Below are positions 18,543 through 27,048 of a stretch of 61,397 bases of DNA, piece by piece. Origin of the DNA: a virus. Its lineage: Duplodnaviria; Caudoviricetes. The translations under genes and the position numbers were made by a program. Positions within the stretch are counted from its first letter, which is position 1. Every line of letters begins with the position of its first letter. A model generated the notes under the pieces. That model searched no databases. It worked only from the letters and a program-made list of their open reading frames with translations, and had not been told where the DNA came from. The stretch is from IMG/VR virus record IMGVR_UViG_3300042566_000075, positions 1 through 61,397 of that record. The stretch is one strand, 5' to 3'.

Positions 18543-20449
18543 TAGCGACGTCCATCAGGGCGAGCATCCAAGCGCGGTGCGCCTAACTGCCACTGTACCC
18601 CAAGTTGATCGGAACTAATTTTTAGCGCCATCTGACGCGCACGTGCGCGAACAAAGACCTGATCTGTATACTGGTTTACCGACGATGTTATTACGCGCTG
18701 GGCATCCGCAGGGTCGATAGAAACCGGAGCACCGGGGAAATTACGTGGACGTACAGTAAGTGTTACTTCAGCAGCCGTAGCGGTAGAAGTCGCAAAGCTA
18801 ATGTCTGGTAGTATACGCCGAGTAAGCATGAACTGATCGCCGTCATCGAGGTCAAAGTCAGACGACTGGATGTAGCTAACCATTGCGATGTCGTCGTCAT
18901 TAATGCCGTTCTCATGGTCATAGAGAGACCCAACCGAAGTACCGCCCGGAGTATTTGCACCTTGTGGGTAGTAGCGTACAGCGGTGTCGAGCCATGCCGT
19001 ACGGTCAATCGTGCCGTAATACCAGATACGCTCCAGATGGTTATAAACCACATAGGCATTATTGTAGTCCGAGTCTGCGGTGGGGTAGAACCACCAGACT
19101 TCGTTCCACTGCTCATTGGTGCCGCATACTACTTGGTCGGACTGGTTGAGGTTGAAGTTATTAAACACGTGGTTACGCAAGGTGCAGGGTAGCGTCTCGA
19201 CGCGACCGGTATAGGCATAGAACTTATCCTGCCCCATCCAGTAGGTAATGTTAGCCGCTGTAGTCACCGCCCGTGACGACATGATGGAGATATTATCCGC
19301 GTACTCCTGCAGACCAAACACGTCGGTCGTACCTAGAAACTGCAGGGTGTACAGGTGGCTGTCTGTCCAGACTAAGATTTCCTGCCGTGTAGGTAGAGCG
19401 CGCACGATGCGTGAACCACGAGAGACACGTAGGAAGCCAGCGGTATTAGTAACTGTAGGGGTCCAGTCACCCGGCGTATCTTGGTCAGCCCAGCGGATCA
19501 ACAACGGGTCAAAATCATCTGGGTCGGTAGACCCGAACGGCACAGCACCAAAGGCAATGATGTGCTTATCCTGCTGGGATACCAGCAACTGCATAATCTT
19601 AACGGGAACCGACGCTGCCGTAAATCCTTTAGCAGTCGCATAAGCTGACAGGCTAATAGCCCGAGTACCCAATGCATTCTGTGGGTCAGTTGTTACGCCG
19701 CGCTCCCACCAGTAACCTTCACCGTTACGGATATTCATCACGAGGTCGTTGTCGAAGTTGTCAAACCACCAGTCGCGCTGCGGCAATACTATCGGTTGGT
19801 CAGCACCTAGACCCCAAGCGTTACGACCCCATGTGCCCACACCCCAACCATAACCGTATACGGTAATTGCGTTACCGGGGTTAATCTCCATCTGCACGAC
19901 AATAGCAGTGCCGCCCCCACCAGTAACAGTAGATGTCGCAGCGGTAGCTACTTCGATAGTGAACGAGAAACCGCTGATAACTGAGGTGATGCGATGGTTG
20001 GCATTAAGTTCCGAAGCGGGGATACCGCCTACGGCCCCCGAAACACCTGAAATCTGCACGTAAGCACCAGCTACAGCATTGGTTGCAGTAACCGTAGTAA
20101 TCGTAACCGTGCGTGAACCATTGGTCGTATATACGCAGTTGTCCGAGTTTGTGGTACTAACTGTCGTACGGATGGGCGTGATATCGTAGAAATAACCCCC
20201 AACCTCAATGTAGACCTTCTCATCGGTACCTACAGCAAGGAAGTCATCTGTGAACGTAGTGACCCAGTTCCACATCTGACGGCAAGTACCAATAAACGTA
20301 CGGGGGGTAGCCTTAACCCACCCGCCTAGCTTCTCAGGGTAACCTGAGCGGAACCTGATCTTGTCGCACTCATACCAGCCGCCCTCGTTGGAGTAGTCGG
20401 TCTGATCGCGGTTTACACCGGGTTTGAACTGGAGCTTGATAAAGGCCAT
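18542..20449 (-). CDS. tail nozzle / tubular protein B (P22 gp10 / T7 gp12-like)
   Basis: 635-aa beta-rich protein, IRWADQ motif, position after fibres and before ejection proteins. Confidence 0.7.
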   Translation of the reverse strand: MAFIKLQFKPGVNRDQTDYSNEGGWYECDKIRFRSGYPEKLGGWVKATPRTFIGTCRQMWNWVTTFTDDFLAVGTDEKVYIEVGGYFYDITPIRTTVSTTNSDNCVYTTNGSRTVTITTVTATNAVAGAYVQISGVSGAVGGIPASELNANHRITSVISGFSFTIEVATAATSTVTGGGGTAIVVQMEINPGNAITVYGYGWGVGTWGRNAWGLGADQPIVLPQRDWWFDNFDNDLVMNIRNGEGYWWERGVTTDPQNALGTRAISLSAYATAKGFTAASVPVKIMQLLVSQQDKHIIAFGAVPFGSTDPDDFDPLLIRWADQDTPGDWTPTVTNTAGFLRVSRGSRIVRALPTRQEILVWTDSHLYTLQFLGTTDVFGLQEYADNISIMSSRAVTTAANITYWMGQDKFYAYTGRVETLPCTLRNHVFNNFNLNQSDQVVCGTNEQWNEVWWFYPTADSDYNNAYVVYNHLERIWYYGTIDRTAWLDTAVRYYPQGANTPGGTSVGSLYDHENGINDDDIAMVSYIQSSDFDLDDGDQFMLTRRILPDISFATSTATAAEVTLTVRPRNFPGAPVSIDPADAQRVITSSVNQYTDQVFVRARARQMALKISSDQLGVQWQLGAPRLDARPDGRR

Positions 20450-20459
20450 GAGCGCTCCG

Positions 20460-21134
20460 CTATACGAGATATGTTATAGTTAATGAACCGCCGGGAGGGA
20501 CGTTTATTGTGTATGTAGTTCCGGGGATTACGGTTATATTGGTATACGTTGTGGTAGCGGGGGCGACCGCTGTACGGTAGGGTACGCTGCCTGTAAGTGT
20601 ACCCCCAGCAAAACTTAAACTGAAAGCACTTGCGCTACTGCCGTTATTCCCAAGTACCCGGTAAGTAGCAACAACGTACCAACCGAAATCACCCCCAGAC
20701 GTAAGCTGAGAATACAAAATATTCCCCGACGAAGGGTGACTACCACGTTGCACTTTTATAGCCGTGTTACCTACAATCCAGAATGCTGGCCCGTAAGTTA
20801 TGCTACTATACCTATCGGCGGAGTCCACAAAATACTGCGGGCTTGGAAGCGATATATAGTTAGTTCCTACGTTACCCGAGATAATAGACTCAATATTATT
20901 TGCTGCTGCATCGAGCGTGCCCCACTGCGCATAAGGTGCCGTAGGTTGTGGAACTCCCGCAAAAGAAGCGTAAGCGTATCCCGTTTCACCGAACGTCTCG
21001 GAGTCAGCTGTAGCAGCGCCTCCATACCCAGATGCAACCTCTATACGCGAAGTAGGCGAGACCCACGACGTGGTAGAAGTGAACGTCTCACTAACGGATT
21101 TACGCGCTCCGGCACCTTTTGTAGCCGCAAACAC
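20460..21134 (-). CDS. putative receptor-binding/adhesin protein
   Basis: S/T/G/Y-rich. ITVIPGTTYTINV motif shared with 24832-25677. Confidence 0.55.
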   Translation of the reverse strand: MFAATKGAGARKSVSETFTSTTSWVSPTSRIEVASGYGGAATADSETFGETGYAYASFAGVPQPTAPYAQWGTLDAAANNIESIISGNVGTNYISLPSPQYFVDSADRYSSITYGPAFWIVGNTAIKVQRGSHPSSGNILYSQLTSGGDFGWYVVATYRVLGNNGSSASAFSLSFAGGTLTGSVPYRTAVAPATTTYTNITVIPGTTYTINVPPGGSLTITYLV

Positions 21135-21910
21135 TAGAAGTTCTGCCCGAAGATAGCTCCGTAGGTGTTGGTGCCGTCTTGAATAAAAGTGAAAATGTCA
21201 ATCTTATTGTTAGTACTTGTAGGTGTCGGAGTTAGGTTTGAACTCCACTTAAGCGTCGATCCGCCCGCCCATGTCAGAGTGTGAGTGCCGCCATACTGCA
21301 CCATGATGACAAACGACTTACCCGCAACTGAGGCAGGTAATGTGATGGTGGTATTAGCATTAGTCGTGAAGCGCTGCACGGTGCCATTAGCTAGTGAAAC
21401 AGTGAACGAAGAACCCGCCGCAGGCGCAAACAGCGTCTCGACGTAGTTAGTCACCGTAGGGTTAGTCAGCGCTTGATCGACGATGGGCGAAGCAACAGTA
21501 AGGGACGTCAGGTGAGTAGTCGTGGCTACTACGTTTGTGCCGTCGTTGTAGACCCACAGTGTCTTACCCGCTGGAACTGCGATACCTGTGCCGGTAGCAT
21601 TCTTAATTGTAATTGCATCAGCACAGTCGTTCTGTACGATGTAGACCTTTTCGATAGCAGGCACGATGAGGTTGCGAGCGCCACCAGTGGTCCCTGTGCA
21701 GCGTAGGCGCACGTTGCGCGCCGTCTGCGAAGCATTTGTATTAGTTAGCGCCAGCGTTACGTTACCACTGGAGAAGGTCACATCAGCAGAGCCAACGATA
21801 GCTTCCTCGATAGCCACACCAAGGTTGTCGTTCGTGACGTTACCCCACGTGGTATTGTTCTCACCTGTGGCCATTAGCTGAATTTTAAGATTGCTATAGG
21901 TACTTGGCAT
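21134..21910 (-). CDS. tail fibre protein
   Basis: Thr-rich beta protein. C-terminal W..KW...P...DIFTF domain paralogous to 25682-26254. Confidence 0.7.
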   Translation of the reverse strand: MPSTYSNLKIQLMATGENNTTWGNVTNDNLGVAIEEAIVGSADVTFSSGNVTLALTNTNASQTARNVRLRCTGTTGGARNLIVPAIEKVYIVQNDCADAITIKNATGTGIAVPAGKTLWVYNDGTNVVATTTHLTSLTVASPIVDQALTNPTVTNYVETLFAPAAGSSFTVSLANGTVQRFTTNANTTITLPASVAGKSFVIMVQYGGTHTLTWAGGSTLKWSSNLTPTPTSTNNKIDIFTFIQDGTNTYGAIFGQNF

Positions 21911-21919
21911 GTTCAGTCC

Positions 21920-22558
21920 TTACGTGGGGATTTGCACCCAATTCGGTGTTTGGTTATCATTGATAATGCTCCACACTAAAGTGCTTTTAACTCGTGCTGC
22001 GGCTTGTACACCAACAACGTCTACATTACAAATACCCCCTGCAATAGGGGTTCCTACCTGACCGGTAGCGGTAACGCCCGACACAAATACGCGTTTAAAC
22101 ACCCCAGTGGAAACCGAGTTGAGTAGAGCGGAAGCTTGTAGGCCAGTTACGCTGGTAAGTACGCTACTCGAAACAATCACCGAACCTACCGCACCTGACG
22201 CAACCACACCAGAAACCGGCACAGGCTTATTTACCGCTACATTAGCGGTACCTATAACACCTTCAGCAGATACTGAGGTAAGTGCAGTGGAAGCTAGCGC
22301 CCTTATGGACACAGAACCAACAAGACCTTCTGCCGATACAGAAGATGCCACGGCGCTGTTATCGGCTACAACTGATACGGTACCGATAAGACCAGTACCA
22401 ACGTCGTCGTTAGGGTCTACTGATATACCGCCGTCAGCAGCTACGCCTACACCATCGTCGATTACATTAAGCTCAAATCCGACTAACGTAACGACTACCG
22501 ACTGCTTACCTGCAGCATCGGAAAAAGCCGTAGTGGCGAAAGGAGAGAAACCGAACAT
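21920..22558 (-). CDS. Val/Gly/Ser-rich tail structural protein
   Basis: MFGFSPFA start, about 20-aa V/S/G periodic repeats. Confidence 0.6.
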   Translation of the reverse strand: MFGFSPFATTAFSDAAGKQSVVVTLVGFELNVIDDGVGVAADGGISVDPNDDVGTGLIGTVSVVADNSAVASSVSAEGLVGSVSIRALASTALTSVSAEGVIGTANVAVNKPVPVSGVVASGAVGSVIVSSSVLTSVTGLQASALLNSVSTGVFKRVFVSGVTATGQVGTPIAGGICNVDVVGVQAAARVKSTLVWSIINDNQTPNWVQIPT

Positions 22559-22602
22559 TATTTAGCCTCCCTCCTTCCTATAGTTAAGGGTTTAGGTTAG
22601 TC

Positions 22603-22782
22603 TTAGTTGCCTAGGTATTGCGAAGCAGCGGCAGCGACAGTAGCGATGGTGGCGAGGATACCAGCCAACTTAACTTTCCAACCCATCTTTGGCTTTTCGC
22701 CGTCCATAGGAAGTATCTTACCTGCGGCTTTCTTGAGGATCGCCTTTTCAACTTCTTTCTTCAGTGTGCTCTTAAAATCCAT
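22603..22782 (-). CDS. small membrane protein of the lysis cassette (59 aa)
   Basis: AAGGAG RBS before ATG 22782. C-terminal hydrophobic helix. Directly after the endolysin. Confidence 0.6.
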   Translation of the reverse strand: MDFKSTLKKEVEKAILKKAAGKILPMDGEKPKMGWKVKLAGILATIATVAAAASQYLGN

Positions 22783-22793
22783 CGTCGTTCTCC

Positions 22794-23408
22794 TTAGAGC
22801 CAAGTAGCGTACTTCTTAGTCTTCAGTTTGCGGTCGTCGAGGCCATGTGTACCACCATTAATACGCTTTGTCAGCGCAAGAATTGCAGCGTCATTGATGC
22901 CTTGGTCGCAGATGGACCACAGCTTGTTTGCGTCAAAGAACCACAGGGCGCTTTCAAAGCCGAGTTCGGTAGCCACAAGGTCTGGATTGTCTAGCACCTC
23001 TTGTTCGCGGCCAATGTACCGACCGAATGCGCGGTAGTTGTTCTTGCCCGTGAGTTGGAGGGGGCCTCGTCCTTTGTACAGCCACCCTTCGCCTGACGCT
23101 TCGTCGCCGTTGCCCATGCGGTTGGCATAGACACGGTTAGCAATCTTTGCCGGCTTGCGCTCGTAAGCGCGCGCCAGTGCGTCGGTCGGGAAGTACTTGC
23201 GGAAGATGCTGCGTAGACCTTTCGCGCCGTAGTTCAGGTTCTCGCTGAACGCTTTGAAGTTGCCCGACTCATGCGCCGTTTGAGCAAAAAAATGTGCAGC
23301 CCGATCAGGTGATAGTTTATAAAAAGCCGCAGCCGCCTTAAATGTACCCGGACCAAATGCGCCATCTGCGGTCACTCCGATTTTCTTTTGAAGATTTACA
23401 AGGCTCAT
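22794..23408 (-). CDS. endolysin, glycoside hydrolase family 19
   Basis: FFAQTAHESG, YKGRGPLQLTGKNNY and INGGTHGLDDR motifs. N-terminal ADGAFGPGT peptidoglycan-binding-like motif. Confidence 0.92.
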   Translation of the reverse strand: MSLVNLQKKIGVTADGAFGPGTFKAAAAFYKLSPDRAAHFFAQTAHESGNFKAFSENLNYGAKGLRSIFRKYFPTDALARAYERKPAKIANRVYANRMGNGDEASGEGWLYKGRGPLQLTGKNNYRAFGRYIGREQEVLDNPDLVATELGFESALWFFDANKLWSICDQGINDAAILALTKRINGGTHGLDDRKLKTKKYATWL

Positions 23409-23896
23409 TGTCCGGCACTCCGCCAATCAGGAAAGTCGTTTTCGTCAACCACGCCGTCGCCGTTGGCATCATAGCGCAGATCGTTGCGGTACTTCTCCCA
23501 AGGCTCCATGTCGTCATCATCGTCATCTTCAGGCTCGTCGATGAAGACCGTGCCTTGAGGGTCGCTATATGGCTTGGGTGCTTCTGGTTCTGGCGCAGGC
23601 GTGTCCAGTTCAAGCGGCGCTTCTGGCTCAGGCTCTTTGTCCCGCGCATTGGCGTTGAGGCTCAGGCCACCAAGTAACCCTACAAACGCACCGATGATGG
23701 TCTGGAAGGCGGGGTTGACCATCTCAAGGATGGCGGTGCTTTCTATAACGTCATTAGGCATAAACAGGCCAACGGCTAGTGTCAGCACAACGACAAGGAT
23801 AACTGCCGCCAGCGTGACGATTGCCACACGCACGACAAACTCAACGGTGTCGTTAACGCCTTCACCCTTGCTCTCAAAACTATTTAGGAAGCTCAT
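23405..23896 (-). CDS. two-TM membrane protein with acidic tail ending in an EF-hand-like loop
   Basis: Two hydrophobic segments, poly-Asp, DANGDGVVDEND. GAAGGAG RBS before ATG 23896. Confidence 0.65.
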   Translation of the reverse strand: MSFLNSFESKGEGVNDTVEFVVRVAIVTLAAVILVVVLTLAVGLFMPNDVIESTAILEMVNPAFQTIIGAFVGLLGGLSLNANARDKEPEPEAPLELDTPAPEPEAPKPYSDPQGTVFIDEPEDDDDDDMEPWEKYRNDLRYDANGDGVVDENDFPDWRSAGQ

Positions 23897-24173
23897 CTTC
23901 TTCTCCTTCAATCTTCTCTGGGGGCTTCGACGTCATTGAGCCGTTGCCCTGACCCGCCATCAATCCTGCCAACGCCCCGACGATGAACGTCGCTATCGGG
24001 TTAATCAGCTTAAAAAACTCAGCGTCATTCGGGGACTGCCCCTCCATCGGCTGCGACACAAACACCAGCGAGTATAACACTGTAGCCACAATAAACGTCA
24101 GTGTTAGCGACAGGACAATGCCGACGATGAACCGCAGCATTTCCTCTGGCGACCATTCACTTCTCGGCTTCAT
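23880..24173 (-). CDS. two-TM holin-like protein
   Basis: Two hydrophobic helices, about 97 aa, upstream of the endolysin. Confidence 0.55.
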   Translation of the reverse strand: MKPRSEWSPEEMLRFIVGIVLSLTLTFIVATVLYSLVFVSQPMEGQSPNDAEFFKLINPIATFIVGALAGLMAGQGNGSMTSKPPEKIEGEEDELPK

Positions 24174-24357
24174 GCTCTTTCTCTTCACCCGTATCAATTA
24201 GCCATTCGGTGCAATAGCCCATAGCGATGCACTTGGGCTTCTTGCAGATTTCCTCCTGCCAGTTTTCTGGGTCTTGGCAGTCATAGCGATAGCGGTCTTC
24301 GCAGCCCATGAGGGCCAGCAAAGCTAGAAACAGTGCATATGGTTTGACGTTAACCAC
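24157..24357 (-). CDS. Cys-rich lipoprotein (o-spanin-like)
   Basis: GTG start, signal peptide with lipobox LMGC, four further Cys. Confidence 0.6.
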   Translation of the reverse strand: MVNVKPYALFLALLALMGCEDRYRYDCQDPENWQEEICKKPKCIAMGYCTEWLIDTGEEKEHEAEK

Positions 24358-24367
24358 GTTAGTTTCC

Positions 24368-24832
24368 TTATACGCGGCTAGGGACGACAGGCCAAACAAT
24401 GTTGAATGGGTCACTTTGAGTTGTGATGTCGCGCAGTTCTTGGCGGTATATGGCCCAAGTTGCGGCGTCTGCCGAAGCGTCAGGAAGCTGTGTCCAATCA
24501 CAGGTCGATAAACGGCGGTTGCGATCTCCACGAATAAACGCCCACTGCGCTTGTGTACGGGCAGCAAGTTCGCTTTCAGTGAGTTCTACAATCTCATAGG
24601 TCTGGCGGTAGATACCGTCCTCACCCTTCCGAGGAGCAACTTCAACCACCTTCTGCGTTGGCTCACATTCAGGCTGCGATGCAAAGTCGTAACAGCCAAA
24701 ACCAAAACTCTCAACAGCCTCAGTCGTAAGCGGGTTAGGAAAAGATACTGTTGGAAACAGCATCCGAAAATTGTCTGCGAGAACTGGATAGCCATAAGCC
24801 ACGCCGTTTTCGTCAATCTGAATTACGTTCAT
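24368..24832 (-). CDS. tail fibre assembly chaperone
   Basis: RNRRLSTCDWTQLPD...YRQELRDIT..Q..P...WP signature. Confidence 0.85.
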   Translation of the reverse strand: MNVIQIDENGVAYGYPVLADNFRMLFPTVSFPNPLTTEAVESFGFGCYDFASQPECEPTQKVVEVAPRKGEDGIYRQTYEIVELTESELAARTQAQWAFIRGDRNRRLSTCDWTQLPDASADAATWAIYRQELRDITTQSDPFNIVWPVVPSRV

Positions 24833-25677
24833 TATAAGTTTCCTGTGTTAGTTGACGGGAAAGCGCGTCCTGCGCCCCAAATAATGCGGACTGCGCCACC
24901 AGCGCCGTTGCCGCCGACGCTGGGGGAAAAATCGCCAGTCTCGTAGTTATAGTAGTAGCCCCAGCCACCTCCGCCTCCGCCATAATTTCCACCGCTTTGG
25001 CCAGAGTAATAACCACCAGCAGTCCCCGCATTCCCACCGGAACCACCACCGCCCCCTGCGCTAAGGGTATCCCCACCCGCCCCTGATGCGCCTTGACCGA
25101 GTATACCAACACCGCCGCCGCCACCGCCGCCTGCCTGAAGGTAATCGGGGTATGCATATATATTGGAGCCAACCGCACCGCCGCCGCCGCCGCCGCCAGC
25201 CCCGGAACTCCCTACATTACTAGTCCCCCCCGCTCCTCCAGCGCCAGTATAGCCTCCCGCTCCCCCACCGCCGCGACTATCACTTGTAGCGCTATTACCG
25301 CCGTTGCCGCCGCCATCTCCAACATATGTACCTCCCACTCCCCCCGGAGTCCCATTACCGCCGCTTACCGTCCCTGTGTTAATGAAAGAACTAGTGCCGC
25401 CGAGGGAGCCCGTTGACTCATAGCCGTAAGCACCCCCAGCACCAACTTGCACTGTGTAGGATGTGCCGGGAGTTACCGTAATATTATTTTTCCAACCAAG
25501 GCCGCCGCCTGCTCCGCCCGATCCACCTGTTCCGCCGCCCACGCAAACAACACAAACGCTTGTTACTCCCGCAGGAGCTACCCACGAGAAAGTCCCAGCT
25601 GTGGTGTAAGCCTGTTGTCCCGGAGGTGGCCCACTTGCGCCGCCAACCATCAGCAATGCGCGAGATACGCTATCCAT
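24832..25677 (-). CDS. glycine-rich adhesin/receptor-binding protein
   Basis: Many poly-Gly segments, VCVVCVGGG and GAVRIIWG motifs. Start at ATG 25677. Confidence 0.75.
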   Translation of the reverse strand: MDSVSRALLMVGGASGPPPGQQAYTTAGTFSWVAPAGVTSVCVVCVGGGTGGSGGAGGGLGWKNNITVTPGTSYTVQVGAGGAYGYESTGSLGGTSSFINTGTVSGGNGTPGGVGGTYVGDGGGNGGNSATSDSRGGGGAGGYTGAGGAGGTSNVGSSGAGGGGGGGAVGSNIYAYPDYLQAGGGGGGGVGILGQGASGAGGDTLSAGGGGGSGGNAGTAGGYYSGQSGGNYGGGGGGWGYYYNYETGDFSPSVGGNGAGGAVRIIWGAGRAFPSTNTGNL

Positions 25678-25681
25678 CGCC

Positions 25682-26254
25682 TTACGCCGTGTAGTTCGTC
25701 TGAGATGCACCGAGCCAGACAGTGCCGCCGTTGTCAGTGACAAAAGTGAACAACTGAATGCGGTTAGTAGTGAGCGAGGGGGCAGTTCCCCCGGGCCAAC
25801 GCACGGCTGCAGGCCATGTTACAGTGCCGCTAGTCTGCGTTAGTTCGAGCGTGAAAGCAAAAGCACGGCTGGCTGGTACGTTGCTAAACGTGAACGTGCT
25901 GTTCGCGCTGATGGTCTTAGTAAAGAAGTTACCCAAGGAACAGTTAATATCAAGCGCTGCGACTGCGACTATGTTCTGCGATATGTTGCCGGATACGTCA
26001 AATTTAGTAGCGGGTGAACCTGTGCCTACCCCGACGTTAGTCCCGCTGTCGTACACCACAGACGCAGAGACCGCAGATGTACCATTACCCTTAACTAGAT
26101 AACCTGAAGTAAGCGTAGTCGCACCTGTGCCGCCGCTGGTAACAGGTGTTACATTACCGCCAACCCATACCGTGCCGTCCCATATCCATGATCCGCCATT
26201 GGCACTGTATACTTGGCCTATCGTGGGACTAGTAGGGAAATCAAGTGCTGCCAT
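25682..26254 (-). CDS. short tail fibre/adaptor protein
   Basis: LDFPTSPTIGQVY N-terminus, GGTGA and NVGVGTGSP fibre motifs, WPAAVRWPGG C-domain. Confidence 0.7.
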   Translation of the reverse strand: MAALDFPTSPTIGQVYSANGGSWIWDGTVWVGGNVTPVTSGGTGATTLTSGYLVKGNGTSAVSASVVYDSGTNVGVGTGSPATKFDVSGNISQNIVAVAALDINCSLGNFFTKTISANSTFTFSNVPASRAFAFTLELTQTSGTVTWPAAVRWPGGTAPSLTTNRIQLFTFVTDNGGTVWLGASQTNYTA

Positions 26255-26255
26255 C

Positions 26256-26735
26256 TTACTCTCCGATAAGTGGCAACGCAGGCCACTGGATGCTGAAAGG
26301 ATCAGCCTGCTTTGTTATATCACGCAAAGTTTTACGGTAAACGAGTTGTTCTAGACTGATAGCCGCACCTACTTCTGAGGCTTTCGTAACCCACCAATCC
26401 GTGCTGGATAACAGTTTGTTACGTTCCGCACGAACAACGGCCCACTGAGTTTCAGCCTTTTCAGCAGCATCTTCTGGGTCGAGTTCTGACACGATGTAGT
26501 TCTGCGTCCACACGCCATTGATTAACAGTGCAGGGGCATGCTCGCGGGTCTGCGTCGCAGGGTCGTAATATGGAGGCGTAACCAGCTTAAGCTGATGCAC
26601 GCCAAACTGTTCAAGCTGCTCAGGCGTCAGATTAGCTACGCGGCAGTAATTGTCTTCATCCCAACGAGTTGGCTCAACATCATGGATGTGCCGGACGAAC
26701 GTGTCGCCATCAGCCTGAACATAAAACAGGTTCAT
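26256..26735 (-). CDS. tail fibre assembly chaperone (second copy)
   Basis: RNKLLSSTDW...YRKTLRDITKQ..P...WP signature. Confidence 0.8.
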   Translation of the reverse strand: MNLFYVQADGDTFVRHIHDVEPTRWDEDNYCRVANLTPEQLEQFGVHQLKLVTPPYYDPATQTREHAPALLINGVWTQNYIVSELDPEDAAEKAETQWAVVRAERNKLLSSTDWWVTKASEVGAAISLEQLVYRKTLRDITKQADPFSIQWPALPLIGE

Positions 26736-27037
26736 CCCTCTGCTTCCTTTGCTTTGCGTTTTGCTGTTACGCGCTCAACAGCCGCAGCGTATGCGTCGGT
26801 GTCGTCAATCTGTGCCTTCAAAGCGTTTACAACGCCCATGACGTTACCCATTTGCTTGCGGGTGGCTTCAAGGCGTTCAGCTACGTTAGCGGCAAACTCG
26901 TTGTCTGTAGCGTTTGCCAACAAATGCTCAAAGTTCTTGCGGTCAAAGTCATAATGAAAATACTCAACCTCACGGGCATACATAGCCTCCGCAAGTACGT
27001 CGTATTTATATTCGGTTGGAAGTTGTTCGTACTGCAT
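26732..27037 (-). CDS. hypothetical helical protein in the fibre module
   Basis: 101-aa ORF coupled to the downstream gene by ATGA overlap. Confidence 0.65.
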   Translation of the reverse strand: MQYEQLPTEYKYDVLAEAMYAREVEYFHYDFDRKNFEHLLANATDNEFAANVAERLEATRKQMGNVMGVVNALKAQIDDTDAYAAAVERVTAKRKAKEAEG

Positions 27038-27048
27038 AGTGTTCTTTT

